Source: Eledone cirrhosa (taxonomy: Eukaryota). Taken from it: a DNA stretch of 64,000 bases. A program made the translations under genes and the position numbers. Below, piece after piece: positions 41,013 through 56,367 of this stretch. Numbering within the stretch: the first letter of the stretch is position 1; each line of letters begins with the position of its first letter. The notes beneath the pieces are model-generated. The model saw only the letters and a program-made list of their open reading frames with translations. It was not told where the DNA came from and ran no database searches. The stretch spans positions 44,888,001 to 44,952,000 of the forward strand of contig OZ024750.1 in NCBI GenBank assembly GCA_964016885.1, written 5' to 3'.

Positions 41013-41509
41013 GTGTGTGTGTTTGTGGGTGTGGGCATGTGTATGTAGTGTGTATGGGGGCGGGGGCATCAACGAAAAAAGATTAACAGGGTTTTGAATT
41101 AAATCATTCAATTTATTTTCGACCGTTTCTTTAAAATAATTGGAATATTCCATTCCTGATTTAGTAATCTCACACGCACGCACGCACATATACACGCATA
41201 TATATATGTATGCATATATCAAATAAAATCCGAAGAGGGCTCGATAAGGATAATATATATATAACTAGTGTTGGATGCTTAAATCGTCCGTGTGCGGTAG
41301 GCCGTATGAGCACTCAATGCTCTCATAGAGCAGAGTATGATATCACAGAAAAAAAAAGAGAATCAGTGTTGCGACGAATGGAATTTATTGGACATATTAC
41401 AATCGTTTCTCTGGTGACCAGCACAAGGCACGATCGATGTGATGATCGGACATAACTCCGAAAATCGCATGGTACTCAGATACGTTTTGATTCTACGAAG
41501 CAAATTTTC

Positions 41510-42104
<595 letters not shown>

Positions 42105-42105
<1 letters not shown>

Positions 42106-42345
42106 TGTAAAGTTATATTTAAAATTGTTGGGTTACAACTAGTAAATATTTATAACTGATATAAAAGCACTCGACAAATATTTGGAGTATATTTACAATA
42201 TTAAATAAATGGAAAACTATATTTATAAAACCATATTTATTTCATTATATATATTTCGGGGATATCATATTAACAATATGCTATGCCTTCATCAGACAAA
42301 ATACAATATAAACAGTTTTATAGATAAATATATTCGACATACCGT
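42105..42345 (-). mobile_element. Short dispersed repeat, copy 1 (hammerhead-like motif; Penelope pLTR-like)
   Basis: Its reverse complement aligns by eye with 49,590-49,828 and 62,412-62,560. It abuts (TA)n. Confidence 0.7.
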
Positions 42346-42655
42346 AATAAACATCAACTTCATTTGAAGAGGTTTACTCTAGCAGTGAAAATACAGAGAG
42401 AAAGAAAGAGAGAAAGAAAAGAGGGAAAAACGAAAGAAAGAAAGACAAAACGAAGAGAAGGAAGAAAAAGAAGAAATGCATGGAACAAAATAGAGAGATG
42501 GAAAAATAGATAAAGTGAAGAGCTTCATGTAAAGAGACAGAAAGATATATATATATATAGAGAGAGAGGAAATAGAGATAGATACATATATAAATATAGA
42601 TATAGAAAAATTAGGTAGTGGGAGGTCATTTTGAGTAAGTGTATCAATGATACAT

Positions 42656-42686
<31 letters not shown>

Positions 42687-43429
42687 GCTCAAGTATTAAT
42701 GTAAGGGAGATATATAGAGAGATATAGAGAGATATAGAGAGAGAAAAAAATTTAAAAATATCCAGACATATTCGAGGCGTAGAAAACCCTATGTTTTAAT
42801 GTATTAGTATTTATATATTTATAAAACTTACACTACACTGTAAATATCAGTATTCCTGAATGAAACAAGTATTCACAATGTGTGAAAATTCATTATCTTA
42901 TGTTTAGTTTTAAAAATTCATATGTCTACGTGACAGCTACAAATCTCAATGTGAATCCAACTGATTCACTCCGCAAACTCTAAGTTATCGGAAAACATTC
43001 TCAATGTGGTATAAAAATTTGAGCGTATTATTATTCTTGCGATTACTCTACAAGATTATCTATCAAGCAGAAATAGAGAGCAGATTTCAATATACTAATC
43101 GAAAATATATATTATATTATAAACATAATAATAAGTAAAAATATAGAATAGAAAACTTTTTCTTCCTTCTCTTCGTTTTGTCTTTCTTTCTTTCGTTTTT
43201 CCCTCTTTTCTTTCTCTCTTTCTTTCTCTCTGTATTTTCACTGCTAGAGTAAACCTCTTCAAATGAAGTTGATGTTTATTACGGTATGTCGAATATATTT
43301 ATCTATAAAACTGTTTATATTGTATTTTGTCTGATGAAGGCATAGCATATTGTTAATATGATATCCCCGAAATATATATAATGAAATAAATATGGTTTTA
43401 TAAATATAGTTTTCCATTTATTTAATATT
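42197..43429. repeat. 274-bp inverted repeat (arms 42,197-42,470 and 43,156-43,429, spacer 685 bp)
   Basis: The arms appear to be exact reverse complements by eye, including a GA-rich tract. Confidence 0.92.
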
Positions 43430-43437
43430 TAATATTG

Positions 43438-44299
<862 letters not shown>

Positions 44300-44329
44300 G
44301 GACCGGGCTGCTGAGCGCAGTGAGTGAAT

Positions 44330-45500
44330 GCAATGCAACTGCCGTGCGGGTTGTACGTATATGGATGATCTGACGGTCAGAGAGGGGTCGCGAGGACTGC
44401 GGATTGACCTTTGGCCTGCCTGGGGATGATTATCTTTCGACATCCAATGTAGCAAGCGATGACCCAGATCTTACCAGAGATCATTGGGTCCTGAAGCAAT
44501 CCTGCAGTCACCGCGCCTGGTCATATGAGCAGACTACAACCACAGAGATCATTAATTTAGAATCCTCGCTCATCATCTATAATTTCCATTTGTAGCACCT
44601 TAAGATGGGTTAATCCACCTTAATAATAATATGATCACCTTCAGCATAATTTAGTTAAACTACTCTATAGTTAGTACACTTTATGCTTTAAAAGTCTCTC
44701 TTGGAAGGTGCACCTCACCATAGAATTTAGGGTCTATATTGGGACACATTTTAATGGCTAGATATAGAAACCCCAGAGTTACCTCCCCGCATGCATTAAC
44801 TCCCCTTAGCCACACACACACTTCCTGTATTCAATGGCGTTTCTCGAAACGTAACAACCTCCTGTATCGAACTAAAGAACACCAGACTACGATCTCTAAC
44901 TGGATTGTCGTGGATTATGTGAAAGGCATATAATCGAAATATACACTCCCTTGACCATGAAAATGCCGAAGTACATGAATTACTTGACATCCCTGCGCTG
45001 TGCATCTCCAATACTTATAACACTTTTAATGCTTGCAATATCTTTAATGCTTATAATATTTCTCCACACACAGACTATATCAATCATATAAAGACTTTGC
45101 CACCAGATCTACCAACCTAACACTCTTATTTACCTACCTAAGTGCCTCTACCACACATATATCTCTGCCACACTATATAAACAAGACGCACATGCGTGCC
45201 ACACATATAACATTTGCACTATATAACCACTTATCTTCATGTTGTACTTTAACCTATATCTTTGATTTTTGATTGTACCTATTAATATAAATGTAATCTC
45301 AAAGTGTGTACTGCCAATCTAAATTCTGTAATGAATGTTGACCCACAATGTTTGAATATGTATCAATGTTTGAATATGTGTTGGTATGTCTCTCGGCTGA
45401 AAAGGAGGTCATATAACTGTCCATGCATTAATAAATTGCTCCGAAGAATCCAAACCTCGGTTTGGAGGAAACAGCTGTAAGCACAATAATGTTTTGAACA
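44330..45500 (+). mobile_element. Decayed Penelope-like element 3' portion (GIY-YIG remnants plus terminal hammerhead)
   Basis: Frameshifted peptides CNCR (~44,334), RVYIG (~44,730), ARYRN and NWIVVD..AYN (~44,900) occur in the same order as in the ORF at 63,086-63,901. A hammerhead motif lies at 45,437. Confidence 0.55.
45437..45483 (+). ncRNA. Type I minimal hammerhead ribozyme motif (probably with inactivating changes)
   Basis: TGCT-CCGAAGA-aTCCAAAC-ctcg-GTTTGGAg-GAAA-CAGCTG-TA-AGCA. It has stem I TGCT/AGCA, a 7-bp stem II, a palindromic stem III and a GUA site. The core is CCGAAGA rather than CUGANGA. Confidence 0.75.
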
Positions 45501-45529
45501 GTTCTTTGATTCTTATATTTCATATATTT

Positions 45530-45961
<432 letters not shown>

Positions 45962-45980
45962 AACATGTCTATATATATAC

Positions 45981-46305
45981 ATCATAAACATGTCTATAGA
46001 ATCACCAGATAAAATATATACCATTTCCTCTCACATTTATGTGTTCACTTTTCTCCTAGTTTATTTTACAGCTAATTCTGTTTAATTGGCTATATATCTG
46101 GGCGATTACGCTGTCGAAATATTCAATAAATATTCCGTCGCAGCCGGCGCGAAGGGCTTGTTTCAGTTATTAGTTAGAGATTTCTTCATAGAAGCCTTAT
46201 TCTTATAGCTTGGTCTATTCGATTTTTTTATATGGTTAATTATTCTAATTGGGATAGGAAATGGTATATATTTTATCTGGCGATTCTATAGACATGTTTT
46301 ATGAT
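45981..46305. mobile_element. MITE-like element with ~50-bp terminal inverted repeats
   Basis: 45,981-46,029 (atcataaacatgtctatagaatcaccagataaaatatataccatttcct) is the near-exact reverse complement of 46,256-46,305. Confidence 0.7.
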
Positions 46306-46913
46306 ATATAGCTCTGATTATTTAATTTATTAACTTTTCGTTGAGCCACAAAGTGACCCGTTGCAAAACACGTATATATATATATATATATATATATGTT
46401 TTTGACTGTTGTTTCTTGTAAACAAACTTTCGTCTCATTCTGACGTCAATAGCCATTTTTTCCTCATGTGCGTTTTTCGTTATCACGCATGATGTTGGAC
46501 TGGCCAGCTTTAGAATTCCCTTTTTGGTATATTAATCTGCGAGAATCCTGGCTATCGAGTTGAGCTCTGCTGATGATGAACTCCAACCGTGAGCATCTCT
46601 GCTGAAAGTTTTCATGAAATAGTCTTTAAGACTATACAGAGCATTTGAAGTTTTTCCAAATTGAAGGATAGGTATCTTGAACTTTATTTTATAATGAGTT
46701 AAGGCTCTATTGATTTTTCCCTGGATTTCACTAAATTCTGTGGATGAATTTATGTCCTGATTCTCTTTAAGATGAGTTTAAATTATTTTTCCCACATCTT
46801 ACGTTAACTATTTTTCCCATTTTGACGCTATAGTCACTTATATACTATGGAATGCTGTTCGCTTTTCGCTGCAGTGTTTTCTATACCTTTCATTTATATA
46901 TATATATGTAAAC

Positions 46914-46950
<37 letters not shown>

Positions 46951-47437
46951 TATTCGTGTATATGTGACCACATGCCAAGTAACCACAACATTACGACCAG
47001 TATCCAACAAACTTTAGTTGTTGCTTTACATTAAAGTGTGTGTTTTGTGGATTGTGTGCGTGCGAAGCATGGATAGGAATGGTCGTTTGTATGTGTGTGT
47101 GTGTATCTCTGTATGTGTATGTGTTTGCATGTGTATCTGTGTGTGTTTGTATGTGTCTGTGTTTATATGTGTGTCGTGTGTTTGTGTATATGCATGTATG
47201 TGTGCGTAAGTATTTGTATCAAAGTAAGTAGGTGAGGCGTTTTAAATGCGCAGAAAGATAAAAACAAGAGCGGAAATCAACATCTGTGATAGGAAAGATA
47301 AAAGGCAGAGAATTGGCTTGAATAGGGGTTGATCTAGGGGGAGATAACTCCGCCAAAATCCCCTCTTTACTCAGCTTGTCATGTAATCTGATTAACGTAA
47401 TCAGTTCGGGAATTGGAAAAACGAAAACCGACAAAGG

Positions 47438-48058
<621 letters not shown>

Positions 48059-48179
48059 TATGAAAGAGTGTGATAGAAAAGGAATATCACTTGCCAAATG
48101 TCAGGTTTGATGAGGTTACTAGAGGTACAAGGTGTAGTAATATGACTGCCGGATACTCAGTGCTCCTCGGAATTGGTTT

Positions 48180-48975
48180 TGTTGTTGTTGTCCCCATTCT
48201 TACTGCTTTCTGATGTTGTTGTTGTTACCTTTATTGCTACTGTTGTTGTTGTTGTTACTGTTTTGTGATGTTGTTGTTGTTGTTATTGTTGTTGACCCCA
48301 TTCTTTCTGTTTTGTGATGTTGTTGTTGTTACCTTTATTGCCGCTGTTGTTGATGTTGTTGTTGTTGAGCCCATCGTTACTGTTTTTTGATGTTGTTGTT
48401 GTTACCTTTATTGCCGCTGTTGTTGATGTTGTTGTTGTTTTTGTTGACCCCACCGTTACTGTTTTGTAGTGTTGTTGTTGTTACCTTTATTGTCGCTGTT
48501 GTTGTTGTTGTTGTTGAGCCCATCGTTACTGTTTTTTGATGTTGTTGTTGTTACCTTTATTGTCGCTGTTGTTGTTGTTGTTGTTGTTGACCCCACCGTT
48601 ACTGTTTTGTGATGTTGTTGTTGTTACCTTTATTGCTGCTGCTGCTGCTGTTGTTGTTGCCGTTGTTGTTGTCGTTGACCCCATCGTTACTGTTTTTTGA
48701 TGTTGTTGTTGTTACCTTTATTGCTGCTGTTGTTGTTGTTGTTACTGTTTTGTGATGTTGTTGTTGTTACCTTTATTGCTGCTGCTGCTGTTGGTGTTGT
48801 TGTTGTTACCTTTATTACTGTTGTTATTGTTGTTGTTGTTGTTGTTGACCCCCCGTTACTGTTTTGTGATGTTGTTGTTGTTACTTTTATTGCCGCTGTT
48901 GTTGTTGTTGTTGTTACTGTTTCGTGATGTTGTTGTTGTTACCGTTATTGCTGTTGTTGTTGTTGTTGTTGTTGC
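48180..48975. repeat. Compound minisatellite: gaccccatcgttactgttttgtgat(gtt)n-acctttattgccgct(gtt)n, roughly 10-12 variable-length units
   Basis: Two fixed cassettes recur, separated by variable (GTT)n tracts. Confidence 0.9.
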
Positions 48976-49089
48976 ATTTAAGGTGTGGAGTGGTTGAGGT
49001 GGTGTGCCTGTGGTGTTATATTGGTGCAGGTGGTAGTGGTGTTACCTGAGGAGGTGGCTGGATGTTTGCCCGGTTAGTTTGTTTGATGG

Positions 49090-49275
49090 GGGTTTGATGG
49101 TTGTTGCTGTTGTTGGAGTTGGTGGTGATAGTGATGGTAGTGGTGATGTTAGTGTTGTTGTTGTTGGTGGTGGTGATGGTGGCGATGGTGATGGTGATGG
49201 TAGCGGTGATGTTAGTTTTGTTGTTGTTGTTGTTGGTGGTGGTTGTAGTGATGGTTATGGTGATGGTGATGTTAG

Positions 49276-49306
<31 letters not shown>

Positions 49307-49420
49307 GTTGCTAGCGGTGATGTTGTTACTTTTGTTGATGTTGATGGTGATGGTGTTGGTAGCGGTGATGATTCTAGTATTGTTGATGCTGATGATCATG
49401 TTGATGGTAATGGTGATAAT
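49090..49420. repeat. (GGT/GAT/GTT)n low-complexity tract
   Basis: Directly visible. The P/S/T frame on the minus strand has a stop near 49,256. Confidence 0.85.
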
Positions 49421-49427
49421 ATATATA

Positions 49428-49460
<33 letters not shown>

Positions 49461-49561
49461 AATATATATATATATTTTATATATTAATATAAACGTATAT
49501 ATATATATATATATAATTTACATAATAGTATAAATAAATATATAACCCCACTATCCGGGAG

Positions 49562-49823
49562 CTTCCAACAGAAATGGTCGCATTCTTTAAGGGTATGTCA
49601 ATATTTATTTATATAACTGATCTATATTATATTTTATCTGATGAAATCACACCATAATTTAACTTGGTGTCCTTGAAATATGTATAATGAAATAAATATG
49701 GTTTTATAAATATAGTTTCCATTTGTTAATATATCGTATTTTTACTCCAATTATTTGTTGAGTGCTTTATACCAGTTATAAAAATATTTGCTTGTTGTAT
49801 CACAACAATTTAAATACAACTTT

Positions 49824-49828
<5 letters not shown>
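49562..49828 (+). mobile_element. Short dispersed repeat, most complete copy (hammerhead-like motif at 49,638-49,690)
   Basis: Homologous to 42,105-42,345 (reverse), 43,280-43,429 and 62,385-62,560. It ends in (TA)n. Confidence 0.75.
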
Positions 49829-49887
<59 letters not shown>

Positions 49888-50157
49888 TATATTGTTATAC
49901 TTTGGGAGGGTCATGTTCCCAATAAAGAACTTGCTAAACAAATTCAGAAATTATATATAAAAAACCACAGACCCTCCATCTCAACTCACCTTTTGAAAAG
50001 CAGAAGAACTGCGAAACCGGTAAAGGAACCAAATAAATATATATATTTTTTAAAAAAATAAGACTTCAGTTGCATTTTCGATTTCATCTCTTTTTCTTTA
50101 TACTTTCACTCGTGTAGGACACCTCGGTTATTTTTCATTTTGTAAAAAAAACCTCAC

Positions 50158-50197
<40 letters not shown>

Positions 50198-50201
<4 letters not shown>

Positions 50202-50490
50202 AGAGAGAGAGAGAAGGGGGGAGATAGGGAGGATAGATAATGTGGTAGAGAGAAGGAGAGAGGGAGGGAGAGAGAGGGAGAGAGAGGGAGAGAATCAGAG
50301 AGAATCAGAGTGAGGGAGAAGGGGGCAAGACGGAGAAAGATTAAAGGAGAGGAGGATGAAAGAGAGAATAAGAGAAAGGGGGAGAGAGAGCGAGAGAGAT
50401 AAGGAGAGAATGGAGATAAAGAGGGAAAGAGAGAGGGAGAAAGAGAGAGAGAAAGGGAGAGAGAGAGAGAAGGAGAGAGGGAGAGAGAGA
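50198..50490. repeat. GA-rich polypurine low-complexity tract
   Basis: Directly visible. Confidence 0.9.
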
Positions 50491-50499
50491 CAGTAGCAG

Positions 50500-52065
50500 A
50501 TGTCCATATAGAGGCATATCCACTTTAGAAAAATGCGCCAAGATTCCAATGAATAAATCCGAGCATTTTATATCAACTAGAAATTTATTGACATATATAT
50601 ATATATATATCTAAAATAAATACATGAAACAATCACAGGGAATAATTTGTAAAAGTGTGTAAGCACACATTGCCGGGTAGGTAACTAATTAAAGTTTAAC
50701 TTGAACTTTAAAAATAGATACCTTATAAATAGATTAATCTTCCTTGTGTATATTTCATTAAAGAAATATATTTCACCATTAATCGATCGATAAACCACAC
50801 TAGCCAAATGACGGATTTTCAACAAGCGAGAAGATCTAACTATCTGTGTTTACACAGCAAATTCAAATCTGCGAATGACTAGCAGCACGTGTTGCATTTT
50901 TTCAAAAATACACACATCGTACCAGCTCCATCCCAGTGGCATGAATAGGGTTATCGACAACTAGAAATAGCAGCTGAGTCCTTTCAACTAAGTTATCTCT
51001 ACAATTAAGAGGCCGTGTATATATCCAAAATTAAATTAAGGGTCTCATGCAGAGAGTCTAAAAAAAAAGTCTAAGGTCTGTCTTAAGCCAGAAGGATCAT
51101 TTTGGCCGGTGCTTATCCCGGTTTCATGGCGTGAAGCGACTGAGAGTACAAGACTCCCCCTGGACAGGACGCCAGATCATCGTAGGGTTAAACCTCCAGC
51201 TATTGCTGTTACTCATTTTCAGCTGAGTAAACTGGATCAACGTGAAATAAAGTGTCTTGCTCAAGGAAACAACACATCACCCGGTCCGAGAATTGAACTC
51301 ACAACCTTTCGATTGCAAGCTTAATGCTCTAACCACTAAGCCATGCGTCTTCACCATGTCAGAGAGACATGCGTCATATCCACTGTAGAATATGCTCCAA
51401 GATTCCAAGGAATAGATCCGAGCATTTTATATCAACTTTATATATATATAAACCTTATATATATATATATATATATAGTTAAACTATATATATATATATC
51501 TAAGATAAACATATGAAACAATCACAGGGAATAATTTTTAAAAGTGTGTAAGCAAACACAACTAGGTAGGTAACTAATTAAAGTTTAACTAGATCTTTAA
51601 AAATAGATACCTTATAAATTGATTAATCGATGTGTGTATTTTTGAAAATTACAACACGTGCTGCTAGTCATTCGCAGATTTTAATTTGCTGTGTAAACAC
51701 AGATGGTTAGATCTTCTCGCTTATTGAAAATCCGTCATTTGGCTACTGTGGTTTATCGATCGATTAATGGTGAAATATATTTCTTTAATGAAATATACAC
51801 AAGGAAGATTAATCTATTTATAAGGTATCTATTTTTAAAGTTCTAGTTAAACTTTAATTAGTTACCCACCTGGCTGTGTGTACTTACACACTTTTACAAA
51901 TTATTCCCTGTGATTATTTCATATGTTTATTTTAGATATATATATATGTGTCAATCAATTTCTAGTTGATATAAAATGCTCGGATTTATTCATTGGAATA
52001 TTTGAGCATATTCTACAGTGGATATGGCGCATGTCTCTCTGACATGACACCCTTAATTTAATTTG
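50500..52065. repeat. Locally triplicated ~420-bp sequence: copy A (+) 50,500-50,919, copy B (+, partial, SINE-interrupted) 51,028-51,628, copy C (-) 51,628-52,065
   Basis: Shared blocks such as gagcattttatatcaact, aatcacagggaataattt and aaaaatagataccttataaat occur in direct and inverted orientation. Confidence 0.9.
51060..51355 (-). mobile_element. Full-length tRNA-derived SINE with CORE-like domain
   Basis: Minus strand: A-box TGGCTTAGTGG, B-box GAGTTCAATTC, CORE-like CCTTGAGCAAGACACTT. It is flanked by an imperfect target duplication catg-cagagag / catgtcagagag. Confidence 0.88.
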
Positions 52066-52070
52066 ATATA

Positions 52071-52115
<45 letters not shown>

Positions 52116-52630
52116 CAGCTGAGAGAAACTTCGATCTACATACCACTGAGTTATTGGCCTAGCACACTACCACTGCTCCACTCTGCTACCGAAACATACT
52201 CATATATATATATATACATACAAACACACAAACGCCCATACACACACATACATATATCGAACTGTTAAGTTGTAAATTGTGAAATTCAAGATTTGTTTAT
52301 TTGTTATCTTCTAATACAAGAGTGGCTAAACAATAGTTTCAAAAATTAGATAGATTGAAATAGTTATCCATTGAAGATCTGCTAGCAATAACTGATTGCA
52401 AGTGATATAATTAAATTTATCGCATTACAACCATTTTGAAAATATATTTACGAAGGCGCCCCTGGGTAAATACTGAAAAACAACAATACAGGAAGTTGCC
52501 TAGGCTACCCTTCGGAAAAATAAACAAGTAAACTCACAGAAACACAAGTAAATAATTAATTAATTATATAAATAAATAAATGAATGCGGCTTAGTGAAAA
52601 GATTCAACTAATGATGATAAGCATCATCAT

Positions 52631-52668
<38 letters not shown>

Positions 52669-52727
52669 CATACAAATACGTGTATATGTATGCATGTTTG
52701 TTGGGAATGTAGATGATATATAAAGAT

Positions 52728-53422
<695 letters not shown>

Positions 53423-53583
53423 ACAGGTGTGTATATTTGTGTACGTGTCTGAGATGAGCATGCGCAGGTTTGGGGCCGTAGGGTGGTCTCTATCAAATAC
53501 AATTACTCTGTGCAATTAGAAGTGATCTGCCTGCCAGCTTTAAAAATAAGAAAGAAATTAGTAAATTAGTTCCTTCTCTTTCA

Positions 53584-53584
53584 T

Positions 53585-53653
<69 letters not shown>

Positions 53654-53686
53654 CATTAGCAGCAGCAGCTGCAGCTCTCGCTGTAT

Positions 53687-53721
<35 letters not shown>

Positions 53722-53800
53722 GTAGTAGTAGTAACAGTAGCAGCACTCGTTGTATTAGTAGTAGTAGAGGTGGTGGTGATTGCTGGTGTAGTAATAATTA

Positions 53801-53848
<48 letters not shown>

Positions 53849-53857
53849 CAGCAGTAT

Positions 53858-53896
<39 letters not shown>

Positions 53897-53929
53897 CAGC
53901 AGTAGTAGCAGTAGTATTATTATTATTAT

Positions 53930-53963
<34 letters not shown>

Positions 53964-54022
53964 TGTAGCAGCAGTAGTAGCAGTAGTAGTATTAGTAGTA
54001 GTAGTAGTAGTAGTAGTAGTAA
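53584..54022. repeat. (TAG)n microsatellite
   Basis: Directly visible. Confidence 0.95.
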
Positions 54023-54065
54023 CAGTATCCGTCATATCAGCGCATCAACAACGACGAGCACTTGC

Positions 54066-55622
54066 ACCACCACCACTACCACCATCATCACTACCACCAC
54101 TACAACCACACCACCACCATCACCACCATCAACACCACCATCAACACCACCATCATCATCACTACCATCACCACCATCAACACAACCACCATCATCACTA
54201 CCACCACTACCACCATCATCACCACTACCATCACCACCACTGCCACCACCACCGTCACCACCATTATCAACACTACCATCACCATCACCACCACCACCAC
54301 CACCAATAACACCACCATCACCACCACCACCACCACCATTAACACCACCATCACTACCACCACTACCACCATCACCACCATTATCACCACTACCATCACC
54401 ACCATCACCACCACCACCACCACCATCAACACCGCCACTATCATCACTACCACCACTACCACCATCACCACCATTATCACCACTACCATCACTACCATCA
54501 CCATCACATCACCACCACAACCACCATCACTACCATCACATCACCACCACAACCACCATCACCACCACCACCACCACCGTCACCAACACCACCACAATCA
54601 ACACCACCACCATCATCACTACCATCACTACCACCATCACCACCACCACCAGCGCCACCACCATCAATACCACCACTATCATCACTACCACCACTACCAC
54701 CATCACCACCATTATCACCACCATCACCATCACACCACCACCACCACCACCACCGTCACCACCACCACCACCATCAACACCACCACAATCATCACTACCA
54801 CCACTACCACCACTACCACCACCATCATCACCACCACCACCACCGTCACCATGAACACCACCACCACCATCACCGCCACCACCACCACCCCCACCGTCAC
54901 CACCCCCACCACCACCACCACCACCATCACCGCCACCACCACCACCACCACCACCACTAACACCACCAACACCACCACCATCACCACCACCACCACCACC
55001 ATCACCACCACCACTACCACCATCATCACCACTAACACCACCACCACCACCACCACCACCACCACTAACACCACCAACACCACCACCATCACCATCACCC
55101 ACCCCCCAATCACCGCCCCCCCCCAAACCACCCCCACCATCACCACCACCATCACCACCACCATCACCACCACTACCACCACCACCAACACCACCACCAT
55201 CACCACCCCCACCCCCACCCCCATCACCACCACCACCATCACCGCCACCACCACCACCACCACCAACACCACCACCACCACCACCACCACCACCACCACC
55301 ACCACCACCGTCACCACTCCCACCACCACCACCACCACCATCACCGCCACCACCAACACCACCACCATCACCACCACCACCACCATCACCACCACCACCA
55401 CCACCACCGTCACCACTCCCACCACCACCACCACCACCATCACCGCCACCACCAACACCACCACCATCACCACCACCACCACCATCACCACCACCACCAC
55501 CACCATGGTTAATACCCAATCGTCAATATCTTTGTTAATCAACAAAGATTTATACAACCGCCATATTGCGATAAACATCAATGTTGTTACCGATTATATT
55601 ATTGTAGTCGTCGATAATATTA

Positions 55623-55655
<33 letters not shown>

Positions 55656-55830
55656 CCATCACCGTCATCGTCACCATCACCGCCATCGTCACAGCTATCA
55701 CCATCCTCCTATTTCATCATGGAAGTTGACGATGACGATGATGGTGTCGATGATGGTGGTGGTGATGACGGTAATGATGACGATGATGTTGATGATGATG
55801 ATGATGATGATGATAATGATGATGATGATT
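54066..55830. repeat. (CAC/CAT)n low-complexity tract followed by (CATCGT)n and (GAT)n
   Basis: Directly visible. The poly-T/H/G/V ORFs are artefacts. Confidence 0.92.
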
Positions 55831-55854
55831 ATGTAACAGCAAGAACCCTCCTGT

Positions 55855-56362
55855 CATTACTGGTAGTTTATTTTATAGACCCAGTACGGGTGAAAAGCAA
55901 AGCTACCCTCGGTGAGATTTGAACTCAAACCGTAAAGAGCCGTAACTCTAAGCTGCAAAGCATGGCGTCCAACCCTCTACTGATACTGGCAATCCAAATA
56001 ATAATAATGGTTTCTACTTTAGGCACAAGGCCATCAATTACCCAGTGCATTACTGGTACTTTATTTAATCTACCCTTTAAGGATGAAAGGCAAAGTCAAT
56101 CTCGGCGGGATTTGAACTCAGATCGTAAAGGGACGTAACTATACTAGTTTCAGATTTAGGGACAAAGCCGACAATTTTGTGGAAGGGCTGGAGAAAGTCG
56201 ATTAAATCAACCACAGTACTCACTGGTGCTTTATTTTATCAACCTCGTAAGAATGAAAGGCAAAGCTAACCTCGACAGGATTTGAATTCAGATCGTAAAG
56301 CGCCGTACCTTTAGGCCGAGAAGCATGGTGCCCGACCATCTACCGATACTGACAATCCACCG
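55855..56362 (-). mobile_element. Cluster of three related SINE-like repeats (about 55,855-55,997, 56,008-56,140 and 56,147-56,362)
   Basis: Recurring ctggtactttattt...gatgaaaggcaaagtcaacctcggcgggatttgaactcagatcgtaaag. The reverse strand has a B-box-like GAGTTCAAATC. Confidence 0.8.
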
Positions 56363-56367
56363 CTCTC

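Noticed and set aside
46570-46625. CTGATGA...GAAATAGTC hammerhead-like core
   Set aside because: Stem pairing is out of register and stem I is absent.
51280-51355. tRNA gene
   Set aside because: The A/B boxes run into a CORE-like body and tail with a target duplication, so it is a SINE head.
54062-55729. 555-aa Thr/His-rich ORF as a second mucin exon
   Set aside because: Irregular (CAC)n low complexity with frame drift and no fixed unit or splice context.
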